This document shows, one piece after another, positions 1 through 10,921 of a stretch of 64,000 bases of DNA. This stretch comes from Bdellovibrionota bacterium (lineage in GTDB: Bacteria; Bdellovibrionota_C; UBA2361; OMII01). The number at the start of each line of letters is the position of its first letter. The first letter of the stretch is position 1. The notes under the pieces were generated by a model that searched no databases, was not told the origin of the DNA, and saw only the letters and a list, made by a program, of their open reading frames with translations. Location of the stretch: NCBI GenBank assembly GCA_044360075.1, contig JBIKLA010000005.1, positions 84,095-148,094 of the forward strand. Reading direction: 5' to 3'. The position numbers and the translations under genes were made by a program.

Positions 1-1289
<1,289 letters not shown>

Positions 1290-1465
1290 TGCGAGTTTGA
1301 CTTTTGTGTTGGCGCCCGGGGCCATTAGTCGCCTAGGCGTCGTTTAATTCGGCGATGCTACCCCAGCATCTTCAGGGCTACAAGTCTCTGGGATCACTTC
1401 AGTATGTTCGTGGTTGAAATGCCGCAAGCGTCTTTAGGCTGCTCGTAACTGGCTGTATTGCATGC

Positions 1466-1513
1466 CCAAAAAAACGCCGCACGGGAGGTTAATTGGGCCA
1501 ACTTTTTGCGGCG
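1466..1513 (-). terminator. Rho-independent terminator, probably ending the csrA transcript
   Basis: On the minus strand: CGCCGCA...(loop with inner TTGG/CCAA pairing)...TGCGGCG followed by TTTTTTTGGG. Confidence 0.5.
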
Positions 1514-1666
1514 AGAAAATGTAATGGACCAGTCGGGCCCTTAAGGGGAAAGGTTGCGGAGGGAAGGATTCATTTTCATGAAAACCTTGGGTGAACCTCC
1601 GCTAAAACTCGCCAGCCAGCAAATGGGTCTCGCTGGCTAGCTCACTGCACGCACTACCTCACAACC

Positions 1667-1861
1667 TTAAAAGGGGTCGTGAGATTCCCTGTTTTGGGGC
1701 ATCGAGCCATCATTAGGGAGGAGTTCCTCTCTAAAGATACCAACGTCGCGTGGTGCCTCAATTCCGAGCCGAATCTTACCGCGATCTATATCGACCACGG
1801 TTAAGACGATGTTATCGCCGATCATGATCCGCTCACCCAACCTGCGAGAAATTACCAGCAT
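1667..1861 (-). CDS. csrA: carbon storage regulator CsrA (RNA-binding global regulator)
   Basis: 64 aa, MLVISRRLGERIMIGDNIVLTVVDIDRGKIRLGIEAPRDVGIFREEL, which is the canonical CsrA sequence. AGGAGG lies ~9 nt upstream of the ATG. Confidence 0.85.
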   Translation of the reverse strand: MLVISRRLGERIMIGDNIVLTVVDIDRGKIRLGIEAPRDVGIFREELLPNDGSMPQNRESHDPF

Positions 1862-2173
1862 TGAAGTACCCTCCTAGCTGCTGGAAAGAATCGATCCGTC
1901 TGCTTCATGCACGGCGCTTCAGCCCAACGAATCCCTCGACGAAGGGGAACCTTGTAAAGAATCCTTCCTCCGCCATACGTAACGAAGGAGCCGTAAGGGT
2001 ACCTCAAAGGGGCGCGAAAAATCAAAAATTAGGCCGATTATCGGCGCTTTTCTTGAGAAGTGCTGGATAACTGAGGGGATACTAAGGGCTAACCTTAGAG
2101 GCTAAGAGTCCCCAGCAGTCGGTTTGGGTCTGCCCGTGAACACCCAAAGCCGCGGCACAGTCCAGAATGTGTG

Positions 2174-3061
2174 TTAGCCGACAGCCGCTTTAGCCCGCAG
2201 CCACAAGGCCTGGAGCTCGTCCTCGGAGAGAGTTTTGAGCTCTCTTCCTGCGAACTCGGAGGCGGCCAGGTTCTCAACCACCTTGAAGCGGGCGATGAAC
2301 TTGGTGTTGGCCACTGCGAGGGCCTCTTCGGCGTTGAAGCCGAGGTGCCGGCTGTGTTGCGCCAGCGAGAAGAGGAGATCGCCGAACTCCTCCTCGAGGC
2401 GCTTTTTGGTGGCCGCATCTGCTGCCGGGCCTGATGGGGCGCGGGCGGCCTCTGCGAGGAACTCCTTAAGCTCCTCCTCCACCTTCTCTGCAACCCCGGC
2501 GGTTGAGCTCCAGTCAAACCCGACGCGTGCGCACCGCTCGCCGATCTCGTGCGCCCGAAGAAGCCCCGGCATGGCGCGCGGCAGGCCGTCGAGAAGACCT
2601 TTCTTTATTTCGCCTGGCTCTGCGGCCCGCTCCTTGAGCTTGATCGATTCCCAGTTCTCAAGAACCTCCTGAGTTCCCGAAACCTGCACGTCGCCAAAGA
2701 CGTGCGGGTGGCGGCGAATGAGCTTGTCGGTGATGCCACGCGCGACGGTCTCAAACGAGAACTGCCCCGACTCCCGAGCGATCTGGCTAAAGAGGCCAAT
2801 GAGGGAGAGAAGGTCTCCGAGCTCCTCGCATACTTTAGGCGCCCCCTCGTGCACCGCGTCGCCGATCTCGTAGGCCTCTTCGACGACATGACGGGGGAGA
2901 GACTCAAAGGTCTGCTTTAAGTCCCACGGGCATCCGCTCTTGGGATCACGGAGCTTCTCCATCACCTCAAGGAATTCAACGAGTGCCTTTGCTGCCTGCT
3001 CATGCGTGCCGTGTGACATGGCCCTACGGTAGCTTGTATCCATGCGCGGGGCGAGAGCCAA
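2174..3061 (-). CDS. mazG: nucleoside triphosphate pyrophosphohydrolase MazG (tandem MazG domains)
   Basis: EEAYE...EELGDLL and a second EExxE...GDLLF motif; length ~280-295 aa. The start may be an internal M (MSHGTHE). Confidence 0.8.
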   Translation of the reverse strand: MALAPRMDTSYRRAMSHGTHEQAAKALVEFLEVMEKLRDPKSGCPWDLKQTFESLPRHVVEEAYEIGDAVHEGAPKVCEELGDLLSLIGLFSQIARESGQFSFETVARGITDKLIRRHPHVFGDVQVSGTQEVLENWESIKLKERAAEPGEIKKGLLDGLPRAMPGLLRAHEIGERCARVGFDWSSTAGVAEKVEEELKEFLAEAARAPSGPAADAATKKRLEEEFGDLLFSLAQHSRHLGFNAEEALAVANTKFIARFKVVENLAASEFAGRELKTLSEDELQALWLRAKAAVG

Positions 3062-3848
3062 CTTCCCCAGTGTCTAGCCATCCGAGGCTCTCATAAACTC
3101 GGCGCCGAAAGCGTGTCCAGACGGAGGTGCGGGCGACGGCCAGCACGTCTACGGTGGCAGCGCCGGTCTTGAGGAGCGCCCGCACGGCGGCGGCGCTGGT
3201 TGCCCCGGTCGTGATGACGTCTTCAACGAGCAGGACGCGGCAGCCTGCAACCGCGGAGCTGCCCCGGGCTCGAAAGAAGTTTCGCAGTCCGGTTAGGCGC
3301 TGTTCATGGGAGAGGGAGGCTTGAGGAGCACGGCGGGAGCTGCGAGCGAGGCACTCGATAACGGGGATGCCATGAGCGCGGCCGACGACGCGGGCGATCA
3401 AAGAGCAGGGGTGAAAAAGCCGCTTCCGAAAGTGCGTGCCAGAGCCGGGCACTGGCACGATCACGTCCCACGTCGCGCCCGGAAAAAGCTTGGGCAGACT
3501 CTCCGCAAGGGTCTCTCCGCAGCGCCGCGCCAGGTACATGCTCGGCCGGTACTTCATTGCCCTAATGAGGTCTCGTGTGAGCCCGCTGTACTCCCATAGG
3601 CAACGGCTCCTCAGGAACAGCGGCGGGTAGAGCCGGCATGTCTCGCACGGCTCCGAGCTGTCGCGCGGGCTGTGGGGGACAAAGCAGCGTGGGCACCGGG
3701 CGGCAGCAAGAGAAGAGAACGGCGGAGGTGGTGGAGTGCAGCGAAAGCACAGTGAGGCTCCGCGCAGCGGGCGGCCGCACACGAGGCACTCACGGGGAAG
3801 GAGGATCTCAAGGGATCCGCATAGCCACGAAATGAAGGGCGAGAGCAT
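3024..3848 (-). CDS. ComF/GntX-family phosphoribosyltransferase
   Basis: N-terminal Cys-rich zinc-finger-like segment (CLVCGRPL...CFRC) and a C-terminal PRTase motif LLVEDVITTGAT. The start codon is uncertain. Confidence 0.6.
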   Translation of the reverse strand: MLSPFISWLCGSLEILLPRECLVCGRPLRGASLCFRCTPPPPPFSSLAAARCPRCFVPHSPRDSSEPCETCRLYPPLFLRSRCLWEYSGLTRDLIRAMKYRPSMYLARRCGETLAESLPKLFPGATWDVIVPVPGSGTHFRKRLFHPCSLIARVVGRAHGIPVIECLARSSRRAPQASLSHEQRLTGLRNFFRARGSSAVAGCRVLLVEDVITTGATSAAAVRALLKTGAATVDVLAVARTSVWTRFRRRVYESLGWLDTGEVGSRPAHGYKLP

Positions 3849-3903
3849 GCAGCCTCAATCGGCTTGTGGGGCGAGAGAGTTGCGTAGCACCGCCTTGGTG
3901 GTG

Positions 3904-5424
3904 CTAAAACAGCGGCGTTCCGGTCATCTCCTTGGGCTGCGGAAGCCCAAGCATCTTAAGAAGGGTGGGGGCCACATCGCATAGCGCGCCGTCGTTCCGC
4001 AGGGAAACCTTCTGGCCGTACTCAACAAGGATAACCGGCACGGGGAAGGTCGTGTGCGCGGTGTGCGGGGTTCCGTCCTCATAGCTGACCATCTGCTCTG
4101 CGTTGCCGTGGTCGGCAATGATCAGCATCTGCCCGCCGGCAGCGCGCAGCGCGGCGAGGATCTGACCTACGCACGCATCAACCGTCTCGACAGCCTTCAC
4201 GCCGGCATCGACCACGCCGGTGTGCCCCACCATGTCGCAGTTGGCAAAGTTAACAACGATAAAGTCGTACTCGCTTGAACGGATGCCCTCAACCACGAGT
4301 TCGGCCACGCCAGCGGCGCTCATCTCTGGCTTTTGGTCGTACGTCTTTACCTCTCGGGGGGAGGGAACCATCTTGCGCTCCTCTCCAGCGTACGGCTTTT
4401 CGATTCCGGCGTTGAAGAAGTAGGTGACGTGCGGGTACTTCTCTGTCTCCGCCACACGAAGCTGCTTGCGGCCAGCTGCAGCAACGACTTCGCCGATGTG
4501 GTTCGTAATCTCGAGCTGAGAGAAGAGGAAAGGGAGCTGGAAGCTGTGGTCGTACTCCGTGAAGCACAGCACGCGCTCTTTGGCCGGAATCGGCGCGGAT
4601 CGCGGGAAGCCCGAGAAATCGGGTGCGCACAGGGCCGCGACGATCTCGCGCATGCGGTCCTCGCGAAAGTTAAAGAAGACGAAAGCATCATCTGCCTCGA
4701 CGGGAGCTTGGCTCGTGACAGCCGGCTCAATGAACTCATCCGTTGTGCCCTTGTCGTACGAGGCCTTCACATACCCAACGAGATCCTGGGTGAGCGTGCC
4801 CTTGCCGAGGGCGATGGCGTCGTAGGCGGTCTGGACACGCTCCCAGCGCTTGTCGCGGTCCATCGCGAAGAAGCGCCCGCACACTGAGCCAACGGAACAA
4901 CGCGGGAAGGAGGGCAGAGTCGCGAGGAGCTCCTGGAGATCCCTCCCAAAGGAGGTAGGAGAAACATCTCGGCCATCGCTGATGAGGTGCAGGACGATGC
5001 GCGGGGCGTGGCTGTCTTTCGAGAGTCGGGTGAGGAGGAGCTTAAGGTGCTCTAGGTGCGAGTGAACGCCGCCGGTGCTGTAGAGGCCTATGACGTGAAC
5101 GGTTTTTGACTGGGCGCTGCTTTTGCGGAACGCGTTGTACTCTGGAGAGTCGTTGAGGAACTTTCCCTGAAGGGCCCGGCTAATGCGCAGGAGCCACTGC
5201 TCTACCACGCGGCCGGCGCCGATGTTTAGGTGCCCAACCTCGGAGTTTCCCATCTGTCCCTTGGGTAGTCCGACGGCTTCGCCGTACGTGACCAGCGTGG
5301 CCGAGGGGCACGAGGCCATGAGCGAGTCGAGCACCGGCTTCTTCGCGGTCGTGACGGCGTTGCCCTTTGGGTTAGGGTTAAGGCCAAAGCCATCGAGGAT
5401 GCACAGAACAGTTGGTTTTTTCAT
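3904..5424 (-). CDS. gpmI: 2,3-bisphosphoglycerate-independent phosphoglycerate mutase
   Basis: 506 aa; N-terminus MKKPTVLCILDGFG; alkaline-phosphatase-superfamily motifs (HLISDGRDV, ADHGNAEQM) typical of iPGM. Confidence 0.9.
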   Translation of the reverse strand: MKKPTVLCILDGFGLNPNPKGNAVTTAKKPVLDSLMASCPSATLVTYGEAVGLPKGQMGNSEVGHLNIGAGRVVEQWLLRISRALQGKFLNDSPEYNAFRKSSAQSKTVHVIGLYSTGGVHSHLEHLKLLLTRLSKDSHAPRIVLHLISDGRDVSPTSFGRDLQELLATLPSFPRCSVGSVCGRFFAMDRDKRWERVQTAYDAIALGKGTLTQDLVGYVKASYDKGTTDEFIEPAVTSQAPVEADDAFVFFNFREDRMREIVAALCAPDFSGFPRSAPIPAKERVLCFTEYDHSFQLPFLFSQLEITNHIGEVVAAAGRKQLRVAETEKYPHVTYFFNAGIEKPYAGEERKMVPSPREVKTYDQKPEMSAAGVAELVVEGIRSSEYDFIVVNFANCDMVGHTGVVDAGVKAVETVDACVGQILAALRAAGGQMLIIADHGNAEQMVSYEDGTPHTAHTTFPVPVILVEYGQKVSLRNDGALCDVAPTLLKMLGLPQPKEMTGTPLF

Positions 5425-5444
5425 ACGGAACTCGTCTAGGGGAA

Positions 5445-6773
5445 CTACGGGGTCGAGAGGATAGGAGACGGCTCGCCCCTCGATGAATGTAGCAGGGCTG
5501 GATTCGCGCTGGAAGAGCTGGTGGCGGGAGGCTCAACGAGCTGCTCCCACAGAGGGCCGGTTTCTTTCACCTGCCCGAGACGGCTCATGCATAAGCCCTG
5601 CAGATGTATATGCTCCTCCGCGAGTTGGGGAGTCACCTTTACCTTCTCCTTGTCCGCGAGCGTGCAAATTGAGTCGATAACAGCCTTTGCGTCCTCTGCG
5701 CGCATCGCCACCAGAAGGGTGCGGGCCACGAAGAGCTCGGCACGTACGCGCTCAAGGCCGTGGGTACCCTGCGCAGCGCTCCGGGCCGCCGCTACCGCAC
5801 GATCGGCCCGAGCCCTGAAGTCACCAGGGGAGGTTTTGAGCCACAGGTCGATGACCTTCTTCCACTGCGCGGCATCCCCGCCAGAGGCCTTCGCCGCCTT
5901 GACGAGAAGCTCGGCGGCGTAGTCGAGGTTCCCGGCGGCGATCTCGGCCTGCGCCAAGCGGTCGAGCGCGGGAACGAAGCCCGAGTTTTTTTTCACGAAG
6001 GGGATGAGCGCCTCTCGCAGGGCAGCCTCGTTGTGTGAGTCCCGCACGATGCGGAGGAATGTGAGGCGCACGCGCGCGCGTGGCATCTCGTCGGATGCGT
6101 AGCCCATCTTCTCAAGCTCGTCCTGGTACTCAAGCGCGTCATCAAGGTGCCCCATGGCCTCAGAGAGGTTGCGCGCCTCCTCAAGCGCCTTCCTGTTCGG
6201 GGCGGCTTCTAGCACGATCGCCAGGTTGTCACGGGCTGCGGTGTTGTTGCCGAGCCGGTGGTTAATCTCTGCCGCACGGAAGAGCACCTCCAGGCTGGAC
6301 CTGCTGCTGGCGCGCGTTGAGTCGAGCACCCGCAGCGCCTCACGCAGATCGCCAACGGACTCAAGACACTTCGAGAGCTCGATGCGTGCGATTACGTTGT
6401 CGTGGTCGTGGTGCAAGACCTGCTCCCATACATCACGGGCCGCAGCGTATTCGCCGCCCGCCATGTGCGAGCGGGCTTTCACGAAGAGATCGAAGAAGGC
6501 CTGCCTATTTCGCTCGTGCGACCGAAGCTTGCGTTCCCGCAGGTAGCTCTTGAAGCCAAAGAAAAGGGCGACGAATGAGGCTGCTATGCATCCGAGAGCA
6601 AAAACTCCGATGTAGATAACCCCAGCGTAGGTGGTGACCTGCAGGGTTGGGCCGAGCTTGAGGGTCGCGGTCTCTGAGTTTGAGAGAGTAATGTACAGGA
6701 CTGCCCCAACGAGCAGCCCGAGCACTAGGAACCGGTTAAACTGTCTAAGCATGCCCACCCTCGCCGAGAACAA
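5445..6773 (-). CDS. TPR-repeat inner-membrane protein (LapB/YciM-like architecture but lacking the C-terminal rubredoxin Cys motif)
   Basis: N-terminal hydrophobic helix segments followed by multiple TPR-like helical repeats; there are no CxxC pairs at the C-terminus. Confidence 0.5.
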   Translation of the reverse strand: MFSARVGMLRQFNRFLVLGLLVGAVLYITLSNSETATLKLGPTLQVTTYAGVIYIGVFALGCIAASFVALFFGFKSYLRERKLRSHERNRQAFFDLFVKARSHMAGGEYAAARDVWEQVLHHDHDNVIARIELSKCLESVGDLREALRVLDSTRASSRSSLEVLFRAAEINHRLGNNTAARDNLAIVLEAAPNRKALEEARNLSEAMGHLDDALEYQDELEKMGYASDEMPRARVRLTFLRIVRDSHNEAALREALIPFVKKNSGFVPALDRLAQAEIAAGNLDYAAELLVKAAKASGGDAAQWKKVIDLWLKTSPGDFRARADRAVAAARSAAQGTHGLERVRAELFVARTLLVAMRAEDAKAVIDSICTLADKEKVKVTPQLAEEHIHLQGLCMSRLGQVKETGPLWEQLVEPPATSSSSANPALLHSSRGEPSPILSTP

Positions 6774-7446
6774 CTACCTGGGGGATTGTACTCTGGCGGT
6801 TTAGCGGGTGTACAGGGGGGTCCGTCATGATCGCATCAAGCTCCCTTAAAGCTCGCTTGCTGGGCACAACGCTGGAGCTCGTTGCCCCTGTTTCAAGCGA
6901 GCTAAAAGCTGGATCTTCGGAGGCAGGCTTCTTTTCGCTCCGCAGAGTTTTTTGCTTGTCGGCTTTTAACTCTGTGTAGGCTTCTGCCGTCGTCTGAGTT
7001 GCGGAGGCAGCTTGCGCTTGGACTGGCCTTCCCGATCCAGGAGCTTTCTTAAAGGTCGCAACGATAGCACTACCCGACGGAGAGTAGGCTCTGAGGCTGA
7101 TGGTTGCGTTGTCGCCGATACCGCCATCTTATTGCTTGCGATGCTGCTGGCTCCGACCTGCGGGAGTGTTGGTAGGTTGATGCCCCCGAGAGGCGCGATG
7201 GTTCCGGCGTTCTACGAGTTGGTGTCAATTTTCTCTATCATAATTTCACTCCCTAACACTCGGTCGTTGAGGCAGATATAGGGGCATCTGATTCAGTTGT
7301 GCGATGATGGATGAGAGAGTTACAGCGCGGATTGGCGTAAGATGCCGAGATTCCGTCGTGATTCAGAATCCAGCGGGAAACCTCTCTGAATCTTGCTCCC
7401 TGCTAACGGGACGTTGCCGGGCTTTTCGCGGTGAAAAAGAAAGCGC

Positions 7447-7491
7447 CCCGCAAGCTCATCACCTACGGGGCGCTTCTTTTGCGCGAGAATT
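7447..7491 (-). terminator. Rho-independent terminator downstream of minE (the hairpin could act on both strands)
   Basis: AAGCGCCCCG...CGGGGCGCTT stem; on the minus strand it is followed by TTTCTTTTTCAC. Confidence 0.5.
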
Positions 7492-7503
7492 ACTGCACGA
7501 GCT

Positions 7504-7866
7504 TTACACGTTCGACACCATTGCCTCTTCGGGCTGCTCCGTTGGGGTCGTGGACGGACTAGTCGGCGGGGGGGGTGGTGGCGTCGGGCGAGACGCGGGG
7601 GCCGGAGTCGCGCGGCGCACGATGACCGGCGAATTGATGAGAAGGGTCGTCTGGTCCTCGATGCGGTGGTACTTCACGTCGAAGCCCTCCTTGTCGATCA
7701 CGAAGTACTTCTCAATAACTTTCACCATCTCTTCGCGAAAGCCAGCCATCTCCTCATTGGTGAGGCCGGTGCGGTCCTGGACGAGGACGAAGTGCAGTCG
7801 GCTCTTTGCTGCCGACTTGCTCTCTGCATTGTCTCCGAAGAGCCTTTTCCTGAGTGCGCTAAACAC
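7504..7866 (-). CDS. minE: cell division topological specificity factor MinE with a Pro-rich C-terminal extension
   Basis: Conserved MinE core (RLHFVLVQDRTGL...VIDKEGFDVKY) plus a ~35-aa P/T/S-rich tail; it is the last gene of the minCDE operon. Confidence 0.85.
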   Translation of the reverse strand: MFSALRKRLFGDNAESKSAAKSRLHFVLVQDRTGLTNEEMAGFREEMVKVIEKYFVIDKEGFDVKYHRIEDQTTLLINSPVIVRRATPAPASRPTPPPPPPTSPSTTPTEQPEEAMVSNV

Positions 7867-7950
7867 GATTTGGAACTCCCTCAGTAACTACTTAACTGCC
7901 GTGTGTGTTGACCTTATCCGGAATGATTGCGTCCGTACAGATGAAAACCT

Positions 7951-8784
7951 CTAGCCGGCGACCCCAAGCCGACGGGTAAGCCGGCTCCATATCGAGCCAC
8001 CTGTGAAATTCGGTATGGGGATCTGCTCGCCGCACAAACGACCCGCAATTCTGGTAAACGCCTGTCCCGCCTTCGATTTCGGGTTGTAGACCACGGGCTC
8101 CCCGGTGTTGGCCGCAACGATGATCTGCTCATCGCGCTCGATCACACCGAGGATCTCGACGCCCAGGATGTCCTGAACGTCACGGACCGACAACATGTCG
8201 CCACGTCGAACCATGTCGAAGTCGATCCGGTTGATGATGAGGCGGGCCTCAATGCCCTTTGAGGAGAGGAGGCCAACGACCCGGTCCGCGTCACGGATAG
8301 CCGAAACCTCCGGGGTTGTCACGACGATCGCCGACTCGGCTCCGGCGCAGGCGTTCCGGAATCCCTGCTCGATGCCCGCAGGGGAATCGACAAGGATGTA
8401 GTGGAACTCACGGCGGAATTGCTCGAGCACAAACCGGATCTCAGCCTCATCGATAACGTCCTTGTCGTCTGTCTGCGACGCTGGCAGGAGGTATAGGTTG
8501 TTTGAGCGCTTCGACTTGATGATCGCCTGAGACGGTTTGCATATCTTCTTTGCGACGTCGACGACGTTGAAGACGATGCGGTTCTCAAGGCCAAGAATTA
8601 CGTCGAGATTGCGCAATCCTATATCGGCATCAACGACGAGGACGCGTTGTCCCCGAAGCGCAAGTGCCGCCCCGAGGCTGGCGGTCGTCGTAGTCTTGCC
8701 GACGCCTCCCTTGCCGGAGGTGATAACAATTACCTCTCCGAGGTCCTTCTTTCCTGCAGATGTACCGCTCTTGCTGTTCATCAA
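7951..8784 (-). CDS. minD: septum site-determining ATPase MinD
   Basis: Deviant Walker A GKGGVGKTTT and high overall similarity to the MinD/ParA family; positioned between minC and minE. Confidence 0.9.
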   Translation of the reverse strand: MMNSKSGTSAGKKDLGEVIVITSGKGGVGKTTTTASLGAALALRGQRVLVVDADIGLRNLDVILGLENRIVFNVVDVAKKICKPSQAIIKSKRSNNLYLLPASQTDDKDVIDEAEIRFVLEQFRREFHYILVDSPAGIEQGFRNACAGAESAIVVTTPEVSAIRDADRVVGLLSSKGIEARLIINRIDFDMVRRGDMLSVRDVQDILGVEILGVIERDEQIIVAANTGEPVVYNPKSKAGQAFTRIAGRLCGEQIPIPNFTGGSIWSRLTRRLGVAG

Positions 8785-9753
8785 TTACTCCCTTCTACGT
8801 GACCATACAGATCGTGATTGATATGGCTCAACGACGACCATGTTGCTCTCAACCCGCGCCACCTCCGGCAGCCCTCCCCGCGGCATGCTCTCGGCGTTTT
8901 CTGCGCCTGAGCCCCGGGAGATGACAAGCCCGATGCGAAGTTGCGTTGGCTGCAAATTGAGGCTGAAGATGACGCGGCCGCCGCCGCTCTCGTCATAAGC
9001 TCCGGCGTGCGCGATGCCGCGCAGCGTTCCGAGGATGATGATATCCCCACCGGCGATCACTTCCGCCCCCGAGTTGACGTCGCCGAAAACTACTACCGAG
9101 TGCTCGGTCTCTATCTTTTGGCCTGAGCGCAGTGTTCCGTAGATGATACGCGCATCCGGCTCGTCCCACAGCATCGTCCCGGGCGCACTCTGCCGCCCCT
9201 CGAATCCCTCTATGCCATCGAAAAGGCTTACGTTTTTTTCGCGCGATGTGATCGAGCGGGGCGCTGGGGACTGGGCTCGGCTGCCGCTCACGACCGAGAG
9301 GCCAGGCTGAGAGCTGGAGGCGGGGGCAGCCTCCTGGCTAGGGGCACCGACCCTCGAAACAGCAGGCTTAAGCCTCGAGCTTCGAACCGTAACAGAGAAC
9401 TCGTTGGCAAGAAGGGCTGAGAGGTCCTGCACAACTGACTCTTCCGGCTTACGGCCAACCCACTCAAACGCAACGTCGTTGCCGGTAAGGAACGAGCGCC
9501 GAGACTCAAGGAACTCTGACACTGCGATCTTTAGGTCCGGCTGCTCAACGCGACCATCGATGCGAAGCACGAGACCTTCCGCAGTTCCGCGCGCAGTGAT
9601 CACGCTGCTACGATCCTCGGGGCCTTTTGATGGCGAGGATGATTCTGCTCCAGCGGAAGATGACAAGTCGGCGGGAGCTGCTGGCGTGGCGAGCGATTCG
9701 GGGCTTGATGAATCGAACATGCTCTCGCCGTCTTCATTGAAAGGATTGTTCAT
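8785..9753 (-). CDS. minC: septum site-determining protein MinC (with a long S/P/A-rich linker)
   Basis: C-terminal beta-helix motif VVFGDVNSGAEVIAGGDIIILGTLRGIAHAG; it is the first gene of minCDE. Confidence 0.75.
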   Translation of the reverse strand: MNNPFNEDGESMFDSSSPESLATPAAPADLSSSAGAESSSPSKGPEDRSSVITARGTAEGLVLRIDGRVEQPDLKIAVSEFLESRRSFLTGNDVAFEWVGRKPEESVVQDLSALLANEFSVTVRSSRLKPAVSRVGAPSQEAAPASSSQPGLSVVSGSRAQSPAPRSITSREKNVSLFDGIEGFEGRQSAPGTMLWDEPDARIIYGTLRSGQKIETEHSVVVFGDVNSGAEVIAGGDIIILGTLRGIAHAGAYDESGGGRVIFSLNLQPTQLRIGLVISRGSGAENAESMPRGGLPEVARVESNMVVVEPYQSRSVWSRRRE

Positions 9754-10408
9754 ACCACTCCAGCTTTGACACTCTCACGTTCACCTCGCGGTAGCCCGAT
9801 ATTTGAGCGCCCGAGAGTGTAGGACCGCGACTCTAAAAAATCTAGGACAAAGCGTGAGCTCGCACTAAATTTTGTTCCGAAAATTTAACCCGCAATGCTT
9901 GACGCCAAAGCAATTTAATACATCGACGCGAAGAGCACACGATCCGCCACCCCATATTTCGAGGTGCTCGTTTCGACGCAGAACAGCCGCTCGAACAGTT
10001 CCGCGTCAACCACGCCATGCAGCGTAGATTCAAGTAACAACAACTAACCTCCCTCTGCAGGTCGATTAGAAGTGGCCGCGTCCGCCCCAGGAGACTGCCG
10101 AGGCAGATTGCAGTTGCCACCGTCCTCACGCACGAACGAAGCAAGCCTTAGGAGGGTGTGAAAGCGTGATGCCGCGCCTTAATCCCAATTTACTTTAAGT
10201 GGCTTATAGCAAAGTGCGCGAAGCAAGGTCAACAAACAAGTGTTGAAAAAGGGCCTGGGTGAAAAGCGTTGCCTGCCTGACGGGCGCCGAAAAAGAGGCC
10301 CATCGCCGCTCCTTGCTCTTGGCTCTTGACAATTCGAGGGGGCTACCAGCGATACTTCTTGGGCCTCCGCCGCGCATCTTTTCGCCAACGGCTCAGCTTG
10401 CTTCCGTT

Positions 10409-10921
10409 ATGTCTCAAACTCCAGCCTGCCCATCGTCTCCCTTCATTCGCGCCCTCGCTGGCTGGATCAGCAGCGGATTTGGGAGCGGCTATGCGCGGGT
10501 GGCTCCGGGCACCGTCGGCAGTGTGGTGGCGTTTCTCTTTCTGGCCCTCCTGTGGTGGTTTGGGATAGTGGCGACGACAGCAGGCCTCATCGCCTTGGCT
10601 GTTGGAACATCGGTTATCGGACTTCTCGCTGTTGCCGTGAGTGTTCGGGGCTCAATCGAGCCAGATCCGGGATGGATCGTGATCGATGAGTGGGCCGGAC
10701 TGTACGTTGCTCTGCTTGGCAGCTCAGCGTCTTCGCCATTTCAGCTTTTAGTCATCCTTGCTGTCTTTCGACTTCTTGATATCGCCAAGCCGGGACCGGT
10801 GGGATGGGCTGAAGAGCTGCCCGGCGCGACGGGTATCATGGCGGATGACCTTGTGGCCGGAGCCCTGACAGCCCTCGTGGTGCAGTCTTGTTGGTACCTC
10901 ATGGGCGTGGCTTTTGCATGA
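10409..10921 (+). CDS. pgpA: phosphatidylglycerophosphatase A
   Basis: GFGSGYARVAPGTVGS...VIDEWAGLYVALLG...DIAKPGPVGWAEELPG matches the PgpA family. The internal ATG at 10409 was preferred over the listed alternative-codon start at 10259. Confidence 0.7.
   Translation: MSQTPACPSSPFIRALAGWISSGFGSGYARVAPGTVGSVVAFLFLALLWWFGIVATTAGLIALAVGTSVIGLLAVAVSVRGSIEPDPGWIVIDEWAGLYVALLGSSASSPFQLLVILAVFRLLDIAKPGPVGWAEELPGATGIMADDLVAGALTALVVQSCWYLMGVAFA

Noticed and set aside
1290-1465. Possible SAH riboswitch in the ahcY leader
   Set aside because: The conserved SAH-riboswitch blocks (GAGGAGCGCUGC, CAGGCUCGG, AACGGCGCUC) are not present in the reverse complement of the leader.
9754-10408. 655-bp ORF-poor region between minC and pgpA as an ncRNA locus
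   Set aside because: It looks like an AT-richer divergent promoter region. No convincing structured element or conserved ncRNA signature was recognisable by eye.
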